The notes under the pieces were generated by a model that worked only from the letters and a program-made list of their open reading frames with translations, was not told the DNA's origin and did not search any database. DNA of 64,000 nucleotides. Origin: Candidatus Cloacimonadota bacterium (GTDB lineage: Bacteria; Cloacimonadota; Cloacimonadia; G963667145). The translations under genes and the position numbers were made by a program. The stretch is taken from assembly GCA_963676615.1 (NCBI GenBank), contig OY781092.1, positions 256,001-320,000 on the forward strand, written 5' to 3'. Shown here in pieces: positions 30,056-40,645 of this stretch (positions are counted from its first letter, which is position 1; each line of letters opens with the position of its first letter).

Positions 30056-30792
30056 AACTCGCCCTTAGTCAATGATTTGAGGATTTCCTCGGCGTTGAGC
30101 CGATTTTCCACAGGCACATCTTGAACAATTTTGCCGTCTTTGAGCACAATCGACCGCTTGGTATAGCTGGCGATGTCCTGCTCGTGCGTCACCAAAATTA
30201 TCGTCTTGCCGCTTTCGTTGAGCTTCTGAAAAATGCTCATCACCTCCACCGAAGTTTTGCTGTCCAAATTGCCCGTCGGCTCGTCCGCCAAAATAATCGC
30301 AGGGTCGTTCACCAAAGCTCTGGCGATAGCCACCCGCTGTTGCTGTCCGCCCGATAACTGGCTGGGAATGTGGTCTGTCCGCGCAGCAAGCCCGACCGCT
30401 TCCAGCGCTTTCATCGCCAAAAACTTGGGATTTTTCACCTCTTTTTGATGATTATACAAAAGCGGTAGCTGCACATTTTCCAGCGCCGAAGTGCGTGGCA
30501 GCAGGTTAAATCCCTGAAAAACAAAGCCGATTTTTTGATTGCGGATAGCCGCATACTCGTTTTTACTGGCAGAAGCGGTGTTTTCGCCATCGAGCAAATA
30601 CTCGCCAGAAGTCGGCGCATCCAGACAGCCGAGAATGTTCATTAGCGTCGATTTTCCCGAGCCAGACGGACCCATAATCGCCACAAATTCGCCCGCAGAA
30701 ATATTGAAATCCACAGACTGCAACGCCCTCACTTCCTGACTACCCATCTGAAAACTCTTGCAGATTTTCCGCATCTGGATGACATTTTTCAC
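30052..30792 (-). CDS. ABC transporter ATP-binding protein (LolD/MacB type)
   Basis: [33 protein letters not shown]; probable GTG start at 30792. Confidence 0.93.
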   Translation of the reverse strand: MKNVIQMRKICKSFQMGSQEVRALQSVDFNISAGEFVAIMGPSGSGKSTLMNILGCLDAPTSGEYLLDGENTASASKNEYAAIRNQKIGFVFQGFNLLPRTSALENVQLPLLYNHQKEVKNPKFLAMKALEAVGLAARTDHIPSQLSGGQQQRVAIARALVNDPAIILADEPTGNLDSKTSVEVMSIFQKLNESGKTIILVTHEQDIASYTKRSIVLKDGKIVQDVPVENRLNAEEILKSLTKGEL

Positions 30793-30802
30793 GGCTAAAC
30801 CC

Positions 30803-31983
30803 CTAGAAAAGCGAGCGTTGTCTGCGCCTGTCAGAAATTTGCGTTGTAGCGCCAGAATTTTTTTGCTTGCTGATAATCTGCTTGCCCTTTGCAATCTGCT
30901 CGTTCCCGTAAATCTCGACCTTCGTCCCGCAGGTCATCCCTTTTTTCACCCGCAGCGGCGTCAATCTGCCCTCGTCGTCCAAACACCAAAGCCTGCTCCA
31001 GCCTTCATCTCCATTTTTGGAACTCGCCCTTTTCGCTCGTTGCCCGCTCTCACTTCCAAAATTCGGCGAAAAATCGAAATTGTAGCTACTCACATAAAAA
31101 ACGCCCTTTTTCTCCTCAATTGTGAAGTCCAAAGTCGCCGTCATTCCAGGCAAAAGCAGCCCAGAATCGTTCTGCGCATCGACAATCACCGTGTAATTTA
31201 CGACATTAGAAATCGTCTCGGGCTGTAGCCGAATTTGCTTCACAATCCCCGAAAAGCTCTGCTCTGGAAACGCTTCCACCGAAAAAGTCGCGCGCATCCC
31301 CTTTTTAATCTGCCCGATATCGCTTTCGTCAACTTTGGCGTAAATCTCCATATTGGCAAGATTTTTGGCGATGCTGAAAAGCGTTGGTGCAGAAAGACTT
31401 GCAGCCACAGTTTGTCCCGCTTCGATGCTCCTGTCGATGACTTTGCCGTCGATTGGCGAGCGGATAATCGAATATTTGGCGATGTCCAGCTTGATTTTTT
31501 GCACATTGGTTTTGGCGGAAATCAGCTCGGCTTTGGCGGTCTTGAAGTTTTTCTCGGAAGTCAGTAGCTCCAGCTCGGAAATCACTTTTTGCTTATAAAG
31601 TTTTTTGTCGGTCGAATATTGCAGTTTGTTCAGCTTGAAATCGGTCTCCGCCTTTATCTGTGCGGCGATGGCGCTCTGCAGGTTGATGTGCAGAAGCGTC
31701 GTGTCCAAAATCGCCAGAATTTGCCCCTTTTTGACATCGTCGTTGAAATCAGCGAGCACTTGGCTGACAGTGCCCGAAAGCTCCGTGCCAACATCGACGC
31801 TGCCCACTGGCTCAAGCGTCCCTGTGCAGGAAATCGAGTTTAGCAAATCGCCTTTTTCGATTGTGTCAAAAGTGAACTCGGGCGAACTTTGGCTTGTCCG
31901 TAGCAGTAAAAACCGCCGACTGCCAGCAAAAAAACGCCGCACAGCAGCGCGATTTTGCGCTTTGTGAATATTTTTTTCGTCAT
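30803..31983 (-). pseudogene. MacA-type periplasmic adaptor, frameshifted near 31888
   Basis: Body has VDVGTELSG, IRSPIDG, VDESDIG, LLPGMTA; RBS+ATG at 31983 and the TM anchor are in another frame. Confidence 0.75.
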
Positions 31984-32277
31984 TAGGTAACTCCGTTTTT
32001 TTTAAAAAAAAGCAAGAAAATCTTCTTATACGAAACCCAAAGAGAGCGTTTGGTGCTTTTTCACGCAAAGTTTTTTTTGGGATTTTTGTAATCATTTTGC
32101 GAATGCAGGACTCCAGATACTTCTTGCTTTGCCCCAAAAATTTAAATCCTATTTGATAATGGTTGACAAAGCGAGGTAAATAGTTGCTTTGCCTCAAGTT
32201 GAATGTTAGGTTTCGGAAATATAGAGGATTTGTTGGGAAATTAAAATTTGAGGATAGTTGAAGTAGGTAGTGTAGTA

Positions 32278-34320
32278 ATGATATTAGAAATAGTTAGGTC
32301 TTTCATAAAGATTTTAAATTTCTTTCTTTTGGTTTTGTGCTTATTTGCTTGCGAAGTTTCTAATCAAACAAGTGATATTAGCAATGTTGGCGTCATTATG
32401 TCTGGTTTCCCTGCGTCTGTAAAACTGGGGGAAGAGTTTACGGCTAAGATTACTTTTGAGAATCCAGAGGAAGTGGAGTATAGTGTGAAATACACTTTTT
32501 CGTTTAATATGGATTTTGTTAATTTTGACAATTCCACAGACGATTTAGGCTATTTAGATTCTGATATTTGTGGGATGTTTGTAAAACTCGGCGAGTATAA
32601 CGAGGCGATTATTCCTTTTAGCGAAAAGAAAAGGTCTTACACCTCTACGGAAAAGTTTGTGTCAAATATTGGTGGTTCTGCTACTTGGACGGTCGTTGTT
32701 AGCTTCAAGGATGTAACAAAAACATTTTCTAAAACAGTAAATGTTATTTCAAATTACAAACCGCAAAGCTTTGTTGCGTTTAATGATTTGGGGAATAAAC
32801 AGGCTCAGATCGACTATTCGCTATGTTCAGCAGATAATAAAGAAAATGTTTATGATGACTATATTTCTAAGATTGAGAGCAAAATAGTGAGTGAGTTTAG
32901 CGAAGATACACTTTGTTTTGTCTATGATTTCGAGGAGAATTCGCCAGCTGACGATTTTGTAAAAATTTACGATTTGCCGCATTACGGAAAATATGATATT
33001 TATGTAAAATGTTATGACAAATTTGGCAACGATGGGGCTGTAAAAAAAATAACAGAGTCTTTGGCGGCACCCTCACCCAATATTGCGTATGCGATTAAGG
33101 TTGATGGTCAGAGTATGCAAGAAATAGATTGCATTTTGCCGTGTGATGTGGAGATCGATTTGACTGGTTCTGCTTCTCAAAGAGAAAATATTGGACTTGT
33201 ATATTTCGTCGATGGTGTGCAAGTTGTTGACGGTAAATATTCGACAAGGTTGACCGAAGAGAATTACAAAGATTTTGAAAAATTTGTTTTGAGAGTGAAA
33301 GACGATGTGCTCGATGGCGCTTCTTCGGAAATTTCTGTGAATGTTAATTGCAGGACAGCTAATGCTCCAGAGATTGATGTTGTCGCAAAAAATTTGTCAC
33401 ATTATTATAAGCCTGTAATTGCGGATGGGGGGAGTGCAGATTTAGGAGATAGTATTGAGTTTTCTTGTTCTGTTCTTTTTGATGAGACAACGCAACAAAA
33501 ACTGCGGTGGTCTTACTATGATGGATCTTTCCCTGTGTTTGTTGACGAAAATAAATTCACTTATATCTGTTCTGATGACGGCGAGCAAACCATCAATCTT
33601 TATGTTGAGGATAGCAAGGGAAATTTCACGACCAAAACTTTCATTTTCAATGTGCAGGCTCACCAGCTCGATGTGAAAACAAAATATAATAGCACATACG
33701 AGCGAATGCGCACAGAGGTTGAGTTTGTGAATGAGCAGACAAGAACATATGGCAGTTTAGTTTATTATAGTGGGTCAACTGCAAATGGCTGGGAAACTCA
33801 AAAATATATAGACCTTTCAGTTAATCCTTATGATTTTTATATTTATAGATATGACGCTTTGGCAAAAGTTAATGTAGCGAATATTAAATTTAAGTTGAAA
33901 GGAGTTGAGCCTGTTGATCCGATAAAGCATAACCCTATTTATGTTACTTACAAACTTTGTAAAACCTCTAACAGCTCCACAAGAATTAGCGAGTCTACTT
34001 ATGAGGTTTTACAAACAAAAACAACTAGTGGAGAAAACTGGGACGAATGTAGCTTTGTGGTAGAAAAAACCAGCACGCCTTATTGGGTTGAAAATCAAAA
34101 AGGCAGTGGTTGGTTATTGGAGCCTGAGTCTGATGAATTTTATGTGGTGATTGCCGAAGTTTATTGTGAAAAGTATAAAGATTATATCTATTCCACAAAA
34201 TATTTAACAAATTTAAACAATCGCGACGAAGAGATAGCAGAAGTTGGTGGGAATTGGGGAATATTTGTGACACATAGTTTAAAGTATTTAAACGAAAATG
34301 ACAATTCTGGAAGAAAGTAA
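32278..34320 (+). CDS. Large surface lipoprotein with Ig/PKD-like repeats
   Basis: Lipobox LFAC; segments such as GKYDIYVKCYD and GEQTINLYVEDSKGN; AT-rich. Confidence 0.6.
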   Translation: MILEIVRSFIKILNFFLLVLCLFACEVSNQTSDISNVGVIMSGFPASVKLGEEFTAKITFENPEEVEYSVKYTFSFNMDFVNFDNSTDDLGYLDSDICGMFVKLGEYNEAIIPFSEKKRSYTSTEKFVSNIGGSATWTVVVSFKDVTKTFSKTVNVISNYKPQSFVAFNDLGNKQAQIDYSLCSADNKENVYDDYISKIESKIVSEFSEDTLCFVYDFEENSPADDFVKIYDLPHYGKYDIYVKCYDKFGNDGAVKKITESLAAPSPNIAYAIKVDGQSMQEIDCILPCDVEIDLTGSASQRENIGLVYFVDGVQVVDGKYSTRLTEENYKDFEKFVLRVKDDVLDGASSEISVNVNCRTANAPEIDVVAKNLSHYYKPVIADGGSADLGDSIEFSCSVLFDETTQQKLRWSYYDGSFPVFVDENKFTYICSDDGEQTINLYVEDSKGNFTTKTFIFNVQAHQLDVKTKYNSTYERMRTEVEFVNEQTRTYGSLVYYSGSTANGWETQKYIDLSVNPYDFYIYRYDALAKVNVANIKFKLKGVEPVDPIKHNPIYVTYKLCKTSNSSTRISESTYEVLQTKTTSGENWDECSFVVEKTSTPYWVENQKGSGWLLEPESDEFYVVIAEVYCEKYKDYIYSTKYLTNLNNRDEEIAEVGGNWGIFVTHSLKYLNENDNSGRK

Positions 34321-34404
34321 GGAGAAAATAGAAATGAAAATGTTTTGTTTCGCAACGGAACTTAAGCTTAGTTAAATTGAAAAATATAAGCAAGTTTGAC
34401 CGTG

Positions 34405-34740
34405 ATGGGAAAGGAAAATATTTGCTCCGTTGTTTTGGATAAAATGGAGGAGATAAGAGATATTTGTAGAAAGGCTTTTATGAGGAAAGTTTATTTGGTT
34501 GGTTCTGCTGCTAATGGAAATTTTACACCTAAAAGCGATATTGATTTTTTGTATTACTTTGATGAAGAAAACAAAGATTTTGATGACTTAAAAGCTTACG
34601 AATATATTCTTTATTTTGTTGATAGTATGAAAAAAATATACAAAAATCGTTCTATTGATGTTATTCCTGGGGATTATATCATCAACGATGTTTTGAAAGA
34701 AAATCTAAAAAAGACTAGAGTTTTGATTTATGAAAAGTAA
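34405..34740 (+). CDS. Minimal nucleotidyltransferase (MNT/MntA-like antitoxin)
   Basis: YLVGSAANGNFTPKSDIDF (GS..DxD), C-terminal ENLKKTRVLIYE. Confidence 0.82.
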   Translation: MGKENICSVVLDKMEEIRDICRKAFMRKVYLVGSAANGNFTPKSDIDFLYYFDEENKDFDDLKAYEYILYFVDSMKKIYKNRSIDVIPGDYIINDVLKENLKKTRVLIYEK

Positions 34741-34783
34741 TATTATTAAAACTAAGCTAAAAGATATATTAAATTTGGTTTGA
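34730..34783 (+). pseudogene. Possible remnant of a HEPN/DUF86 toxin N-terminus
   Basis: ATG overlapping the end of MNT, MKSNIIKTKLKDILNLV*, in the usual partner position. Confidence 0.4.
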
Positions 34784-34798
34784 ACAAGGAGCTTTATA

Positions 34799-34990
34799 AT
34801 GAAATCGAAAACTACGACAGATTCTCAAGACCATATTGGGAAGCAGTTCTTAAAAGATATGGAGAAGGTCTTTTCTCTAATGAGTGAAATATTTAATTTC
34901 AAAGAAAGAAAGGAAAAGCAATCAGAGATATTACAACCAACAACGCTGGAATTTTTGAAGAGTTCAAAAGCGGGGAAGAAAAATTTGTAA
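34799..34990 (+). CDS. Small hypothetical protein
   Basis: AAGGAG RBS and ATG, 63 aa. Confidence 0.45.
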   Translation: MKSKTTTDSQDHIGKQFLKDMEKVFSLMSEIFNFKERKEKQSEILQPTTLEFLKSSKAGKKNL

Positions 34991-35086
34991 ATAACCTTTT
35001 TAAGCAAAAAAAATCAAAAAATATTGGACACTATCGACTTGCCCTCAAATTTGCAACTTAAAGAAGAAATATTTGGAAGGTTTATT

Positions 35087-36520
35087 ATGTCTGAAAACAA
35101 CGCAACGCAGGAGTTCTCGAAGCTTTTTGAGGAGTCGCAAAAAGAGCTGGTGAGCTATAAGAGGGGAGACCAAGTCTCTGGCGAGATTATCAAAATTTCG
35201 GGCGGCAGCATCGTTTTGTCGCTCAAAGCAAGGCAAGACGCTTTTGCGGATATCATCGAATATCAAAACAAAAAGGGCGTGCTGGAGTATAAAGTCGGCG
35301 ACATTATCGAGGGTTTTGTGCTGCGAGTGGACGAAAATGTAATCGAAATCGGCAAGGCGCTCAGCAGCGATCACGCGGCAAATATGAAGCTGGAAGAAGC
35401 CAAACAGGCGGATATCCCTGTGCAAGGCAAAGTGCTCAAAGCCGTCAAAGGCGGATTTTTGGTCTCGGCAATGGGCAAAACGGGATTTTGTCCGTACTCA
35501 CATCTGTCGCTTTCTCGCATCGAGAACGAGGACGCTTTCATTGGTAAATCTTTCGAATTTGAGATAATTAAACTTGAAAACGGCGGCAAAGATTTCGTGC
35601 TATCTCGCAAAGGGCTTTTGCTCAAAGAGGCGAAGGCGAAAAAAGAGGAAGCGCTAAAGAAATTGAGCGTCGGCGCTGTGGTAAAAGGCAAAGTCGAGAG
35701 CATCAAAAATTATGCGGCGTTCCTCGACCTTGGCGGAATCAGCGGATTTTTGCACATCAGCAATCTAGCTTGGGGTAAAGTTTCGCATCCGTCCAAAATG
35801 CTGAAAGTTGGCGATACCGTCGAAGTTAAGGTGATGAAAATCGATGGCGACAAAATCGATTTGAGTATCAAAGATTTGACGGTCGATCCGATGCAGGAGG
35901 CTGTGGAAAAATACAAAGAGGGCGATGTCGTAACTTGCAAAGTTGTGCAAAATATGCAGTTTGGCTCTTTTGTCGAGCTTAGCCAAGGCGTGCAAGGCCT
36001 TATTCCAATCTCGGAACTTTCGTGGGGCAAGCGAATCAAGAAAGCGGACGAGGTGCTGTCTGTGGGCGATGTCGTCGATGCGCAGGTGATGAATGTGGAC
36101 AAAGACAAGCGCAAGATTTCGCTGTCTTTCAAAAACTTGAAGGAAAATCCTTGGCAAAAAGTTGACGAGGTGGCAACAGAGGGCGAGCCAGTGAAAGGCG
36201 TTATCGAGGGCGTGAGCAAATTCGGCGTTTTCGTGGAGATTGTCGAGGGCATCACCGGGCTTTTGCCAAACGACAAGATGAGAGCCGCCAAAATTTTGTA
36301 TGACGAGAACGATATCGGCAAAGAGGTGACCCTGAAAGTGGCGAGCATCGACAAGGTGAAGCGGAAGTTGTCGCTGGATCCTGTGAAGCTGCCAAAAGGG
36401 TATTACATCCAAAAGGAAAAAGCCAATAGCGACAAAGGCTCGGCGAAAGATTGGCAAAAATACGCCAAGTCGTCGGTCGCTCCAGAGGAAGATCCTGACA
36501 GCCCGTTTGCGGGATTATAA
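35087..36520 (+). CDS. rpsA: 30S ribosomal protein S1 / multi-S1-domain protein
   Basis: About five S1 repeats (YAAFLDLGGISGFLHISNLAW, FGSFVELSQGVQGLIPISELSW, FGVFVEI); could be an rpsA paralog. Confidence 0.75.
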   Translation: MSENNATQEFSKLFEESQKELVSYKRGDQVSGEIIKISGGSIVLSLKARQDAFADIIEYQNKKGVLEYKVGDIIEGFVLRVDENVIEIGKALSSDHAANMKLEEAKQADIPVQGKVLKAVKGGFLVSAMGKTGFCPYSHLSLSRIENEDAFIGKSFEFEIIKLENGGKDFVLSRKGLLLKEAKAKKEEALKKLSVGAVVKGKVESIKNYAAFLDLGGISGFLHISNLAWGKVSHPSKMLKVGDTVEVKVMKIDGDKIDLSIKDLTVDPMQEAVEKYKEGDVVTCKVVQNMQFGSFVELSQGVQGLIPISELSWGKRIKKADEVLSVGDVVDAQVMNVDKDKRKISLSFKNLKENPWQKVDEVATEGEPVKGVIEGVSKFGVFVEIVEGITGLLPNDKMRAAKILYDENDIGKEVTLKVASIDKVKRKLSLDPVKLPKGYYIQKEKANSDKGSAKDWQKYAKSSVAPEEDPDSPFAGL

Positions 36521-37340
36521 AAAAAATAGTCCGTTGAAAAAAAAAGGCGTTTTGTCTTTGGTGGCGACACCAATTGGAAATTTGCAGGACATTTCGTTTC
36601 GTGCGGTGCAGACCCTCAAAGACGCCGATTTTATTTTGGCGGAAGACACGAGAGTTACGGGAAAACTGCTGGCGGCGTATGAGATTGCGACCAAGATGAA
36701 GCGGTATCATAAATTTAATATGAAGAGGCAGAGCGACGATGTTCTGTCTCTTTTGGATTCTGGAGCGCATCTGGCGCTGGTGTCCGACGCTGGCACTCCG
36801 GGTGTTAGCGACCCGGGCGAAGAGCTGGTGAAGTTGGCTGTGCAAAATGGGCATAAGGTCGAGCCGATTCCGGGAGCGTGCGCCCTGATTGCCGCGCTGG
36901 TGGCTAGCGGTTTGTCCACCAAAGGTTTTTACTTTGCGGGATTTTGCACGAAGTTCGAAAAAGAGTTGCTGACGGTTTCTGTGCCGCTGATTTTTTATGA
37001 AGCTCCGCATCGCATCGAAAAATTTCTGCAAAAACTGCTCGATTTTTTTGGAGACCGCAAAGTCGTTGTTGCGCGGGAGATTACCAAACTACACGAAACT
37101 TTTTATCGGGGGATGTTGTCCGAATTTACACAAGGCGCGCAAACGCTGACGATTAAGGGCGAGTTTGTCGTCGTTTTGGATGGTTGCCCGCTAGAAAAAT
37201 CGACTAGCGACGAGGAGATTTTGCAAAAATTGCGAGAAAAAATTAGTGCGGGCTTGTCCAAAAAAGAGGCGGTGAAACAGGTTTGTGCGGAACTCTCCGA
37301 AAAAAAAAATCGGGTTTATTTGCTAAGTTTGCAAGCGTAG
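36507..37340 (+). CDS. rsmI: 16S rRNA C1402 2'-O-methyltransferase
   Basis: LVATPIGNLQDIS, AEDTR, LVSDAGTPGVSDPG, YEAPHR, REITKLHE. Confidence 0.95.
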   Translation: MRDYKKNSPLKKKGVLSLVATPIGNLQDISFRAVQTLKDADFILAEDTRVTGKLLAAYEIATKMKRYHKFNMKRQSDDVLSLLDSGAHLALVSDAGTPGVSDPGEELVKLAVQNGHKVEPIPGACALIAALVASGLSTKGFYFAGFCTKFEKELLTVSVPLIFYEAPHRIEKFLQKLLDFFGDRKVVVAREITKLHETFYRGMLSEFTQGAQTLTIKGEFVVVLDGCPLEKSTSDEEILQKLREKISAGLSKKEAVKQVCAELSEKKNRVYLLSLQA

Positions 37341-37473
37341 ATTACAGCGTTTTTGCGGTAGATTTTGACGATTTCAAGTTTCTTTGTCTCAAAGAGAAAA
37401 AAAGATTTGACAGCGAAACAGCCGAATATTTTTTAGACCAGAATTGATAATTAATAGATGTGAAAGATTAGAT

Positions 37474-37558
37474 GGAGGATTAGTCTAATTGGTAAGGCAG
37501 CGGTCTTGAAAACCGCCGGGTTATGCCCTTGAGAGTTCGAGTCCCTCATCCTCCGCCA
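37474..37558 (+). tRNA. tRNA-Ser(TGA)
   Basis: GCGGT-CTTGAAA-ACCGC, long variable arm, CCA. Confidence 0.94.
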
Positions 37559-37584
37559 TTTTTTTTAATGGATTGTAGAGTTGT

Positions 37585-37674
37585 GGAGAGATGACCGAGC
37601 GGCTTAAGGTGCACGCCTGCTAAGCGTGTGTAGGTTCACCCCTACCGAGGGTTCAAATCCCTCTCTCTCCGCCA
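37585..37674 (+). tRNA. tRNA-Ser(GCT)
   Basis: CACGC-CTGCTAA-GCGTG, long variable arm, CCA. Confidence 0.95.
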
Positions 37675-37705
37675 TTTAATCGACCAATAAAGATTTTTTG
37701 GAAGT

Positions 37706-37780
37706 TGGGCCGTCGTCAAGCGGTAAGACACATGGTTTTGGTCCATGCATTCGAGGGTTCGAATCCTTCCGGCCCAACCA
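37706..37780 (+). tRNA. tRNA-Gln(TTG)
   Basis: CATGG-TTTTGGT-CCATG, CCA. Confidence 0.95.
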
Positions 37781-37805
37781 TTATAAAAATATTACCTCCT
37801 TTATT

Positions 37806-37881
37806 GGCGGGATAGCTCAGTTGGTAGAGCAGAGGCCTGAAAAGCCTTGTGTCCCCAGTTCAAGTCTGGGTCCTGCCACCA
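37806..37881 (+). tRNA. tRNA-Phe(GAA)
   Basis: Loop CT-GAA-AA, cloverleaf, CCA. Confidence 0.95.
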
Positions 37882-37942
37882 TTTTTGCCACCTTTTAATT
37901 AAGGTGGCATACTTTTTTTTGAGGTCTATTAGTTATCAATTT

Positions 37943-38018
37943 GCCAATGTAGCTCAGTTGGTAGAGCAGCTGATTTGTAATCAGCTGGTCGGGGGTTCGA
38001 GTCCTCTCATTGGCTCCA
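37943..38018 (+). tRNA. tRNA-Thr(TGT)
   Basis: GCTGA-TTTGTAA-TCAGC, CCA. Confidence 0.96.
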
Positions 38019-38042
38019 TTTTTGGAAATTATAATAAAGAGT

Positions 38043-38127
38043 GGTGGGGTTCCCGAGCGGTCAAAGGGAACAGACTGTAAATCTGTCGGCGAAGCCTTCG
38101 AAGGTTCGAATCCTTCCCCCACCACCA
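38043..38127 (+). tRNA. tRNA-Tyr(GTA)
   Basis: ACAGA-CTGTAAA-TCTGT, variable arm, CCA. Confidence 0.96.
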
Positions 38128-38167
38128 TTATTTTTTTGATATCGGATTTATTGCTTTTTTTTATAGA

Positions 38168-38244
38168 GCGGGAGTAGCTCAGCTGGCTAGAGCATTAGCC
38201 TTCCAAGCTAAGGGTCGCGAGTTCGAATCTCGTCTTCCGCTCCA
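38168..38244 (+). tRNA. tRNA-Gly(TCC)
   Basis: TTAGC-CTTCCAA-GCTAA, CCA. Confidence 0.96.
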
Positions 38245-38295
38245 TTTTTTTTGAAAGTAGAATGTATTGCAAGACGATACAAATGAGTAAGGTAG

Positions 38296-38370
<75 letters not shown>

Positions 38371-38421
38371 TTTTTGGAAAAATAAATAAAATTTGAGACA
38401 TTTTTTTGTTAAGGAGGACGA

Positions 38422-39606
38422 ATGGCAAAGGAAAAGTTTGTCAGAACCAAACCGCATGTAAATGTAGGAACAATTGGTCATGTTGACCACGGAAAAACGA
38501 CGCTAACGGCTGCAATCACCAAGGTGCTTGCTGAAAAAGGGCAAGCCCAATACTCGGATTTCGGCTCGATCGACAACGCTCCAGAGGAGAGGGAAAGAGG
38601 TATCACTATCTCGACTGCCCATGTGGAATATGAGTCAGCCGCAAGGCACTACGCCCATGTGGACTGCCCTGGTCACGCCGATTATGTAAAAAATATGATC
38701 ACTGGTGCTGCGCAAATGGACGGAGCGATTTTGGTGGTTTCTGCAGCTGATGGTCCAATGCCCCAAACTCGTGAGCACATTTTGTTGGCTTACCAAGTTG
38801 GTGTGCCTGCGATGGTGGTTTTTCTTAACAAATGCGACCTTGTTGACGATGCCGAGCTTTTGGAACTCGTGGAGATGGAAGTCAGAGAGCTTCTTTCGTC
38901 ATACGGTTTCCCAGGCGACGACATTCCGTTCGTGCAAGGATCTGCGCTCAAAGCTCTTGAGGGCGACGCCGAGGGTGTTGCCGCAATCGAGAAGCTCGTT
39001 GAAACTTTGGATAGCTACATCCCAGAGCCAGTTCGCGAAATCGACAAGCCTTTTTTGATGCCAGTTGAGGATGTTTTCTCGATTTCTGGTCGTGGAACTG
39101 TGGCTACAGGTCGTGTCGAGACAGGCAAATTGCAAGTGAACGACAAGCTCGAGAGAGTCGGCATCAGAGAGACAATCGAGGTTGTCTGCACAGGTGTTGA
39201 GATGTTCCGCAAAATTTTGGACAGCGCTGAGGCTGGCGACAATGTCGGCGTGCTTTTGCGTGGTATCAAAAAAGACGAAATCGAAAGAGGAATGGTCTTG
39301 GCTGCTCCAAAAAGCATCACTCCGCACACCAAATTCGTTGGCGAAGTTTATGTGCTCAAAGCCGATGAGGGCGGTCGTCACAAGCCTTTCTTCTCTGGTT
39401 ATCGTCCACAATTCTACTTCAGAACCACCGATGTTACCGGAACTCTCACCTTGCCAGAAGGCGTGGAGATGGTTATGCCAGGCGACAATGTGAAAATCAA
39501 AGGCGAGTTGATCGTGCCGATTGCTATGGACAAAGGTCTTCGTTTTGCTATCCGCGAGGGCGGCAGAACTATCGGTGCTGGCGTGATTGCCGAGATCGAA
39601 GCGTAA
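38422..39606 (+). CDS. tuf: Elongation factor Tu
   Basis: [39 protein letters not shown]. Confidence 0.99.
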   Translation: MAKEKFVRTKPHVNVGTIGHVDHGKTTLTAAITKVLAEKGQAQYSDFGSIDNAPEERERGITISTAHVEYESAARHYAHVDCPGHADYVKNMITGAAQMDGAILVVSAADGPMPQTREHILLAYQVGVPAMVVFLNKCDLVDDAELLELVEMEVRELLSSYGFPGDDIPFVQGSALKALEGDAEGVAAIEKLVETLDSYIPEPVREIDKPFLMPVEDVFSISGRGTVATGRVETGKLQVNDKLERVGIRETIEVVCTGVEMFRKILDSAEAGDNVGVLLRGIKKDEIERGMVLAAPKSITPHTKFVGEVYVLKADEGGRHKPFFSGYRPQFYFRTTDVTGTLTLPEGVEMVMPGDNVKIKGELIVPIAMDKGLRFAIREGGRTIGAGVIAEIEA

Positions 39607-39646
39607 AGAAATATTAACAAGTTATAAACTGTTTGGAAGTGATTAG

Positions 39647-39805
39647 ATGAGAGATATTATTGTGTTAGAGTGCAGCGAGTGCAAGAGTAGAAACTATTCG
39701 TTGACCAAAAACAAGAGGTTGCATCCTGAAAAAGTGGAGTACAAAAAATATTGCCCAAAATGCAGGAAGCACCATATGCACAAACAGGTAAACAAGATTA
39801 AGTAA
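39647..39805 (+). CDS. rpmG: 50S ribosomal protein L33 (Zn-ribbon form; not in ORF track)
   Basis: MRDIIVLECSECKSRNYSLTKNKRLHPEKVEYKKYCPKCRKHHMHKQVNKIK. Confidence 0.95.
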   Translation: MRDIIVLECSECKSRNYSLTKNKRLHPEKVEYKKYCPKCRKHHMHKQVNKIK

Positions 39806-39814
39806 TAAAATTGT

Positions 39815-39890
39815 AGGACAGTGGCTCAATTGGTAGAGCATCGGTCTCCAAAACCGAGGGTTGCGGGTTCAAGTCCTGCCTGTCCTGCCA
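39815..39890 (+). tRNA. tRNA-Trp(CCA)
   Basis: TCGGT-CTCCAAA-ACCGA; usual position before secE. Confidence 0.96.
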
Positions 39891-39909
39891 TTTATTTTTA
39901 GGATTTAGA

Positions 39910-40089
39910 ATGAAGAAACTTTTTGGTTTTTTTAAGAATGTGAGAAGAGAGCTGAAGCTTGTCGATTGGCCTAGTTTTGAGCAAGTGCGAGAGAGCACTG
40001 TCGTCGTGATGGTTGTTTCTGCTTTTATCGCCGCTTTTTTGACTGTGGTTGATGTGGTTTTCAACACAGTTGTAAAATATTTGATGTGA
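39910..40089 (+). CDS. secE: Preprotein translocase subunit SecE (not in ORF track)
   Basis: MKKLFGFFKNVRRELKLVDWPSFEQVRESTVVV...VD; single TM helix. Confidence 0.93.
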   Translation: MKKLFGFFKNVRRELKLVDWPSFEQVRESTVVVMVVSAFIAAFLTVVDVVFNTVVKYLM

Positions 40090-40099
40090 GTTGGTTAGG

Positions 40100-40633
40100 A
40101 TGAAGTGGTATGTAGTGCATGTTTTCGCTGGTTACGAGTTTCGCATCAAAGAGATTATCGAGAAAGGTATCGTCGGCAAATCTTATGAAAAAGATTTGGG
40201 GCAGATTTTGATACCGACTCAATCGACTTATCACATTCGCGGTGGTAAGAAGATCGAAAGAGAGCGGAAAATTTTTAGTAACTATATCATTTTGGAGGCA
40301 GAGTTGTCGCCAGAGTTATACAGTTATGTTCTTCGTGTGGATGGAGTTACCAAGTTTTTGGGCACAGGCAAGAAGCCTTTGCCGCTATCAAAGACGGAAG
40401 TGGCTCGGATGCTTGGCGAAGAAGAGGTTGGAAAAGAGGAAGAGAAAACGCTGGTTGAGTGCAATTTCAGCGTAGGAGATACAGTAAGGGTTATTTCGGG
40501 CGCTTTTGTGGATTTCAATGGCGAGGTAACCAGATTGTCTGCGGAGGAGAACAAAGTCGTTGTGAATGTTACCGTTTTCGGGCGTGTTACTTCTGTGGAT
40601 CTAAAAATTGATCAAGTAGAAAAAATTAAGTAG
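40100..40633 (+). CDS. nusG: Transcription termination/antitermination factor NusG
   Basis: KWYVVHVFAGYE, KOW FSVGDTVRVISGAF, VTVFGRVT. Confidence 0.96.
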   Translation: MKWYVVHVFAGYEFRIKEIIEKGIVGKSYEKDLGQILIPTQSTYHIRGGKKIERERKIFSNYIILEAELSPELYSYVLRVDGVTKFLGTGKKPLPLSKTEVARMLGEEEVGKEEEKTLVECNFSVGDTVRVISGAFVDFNGEVTRLSAEENKVVVNVTVFGRVTSVDLKIDQVEKIK

Positions 40634-40645
40634 AGGGTATGATAT

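Noticed and set aside
28447..34990. tRNA-anchored integrative island
   Set aside because: I found no integrase and no duplicated tRNA 3' end by eye.
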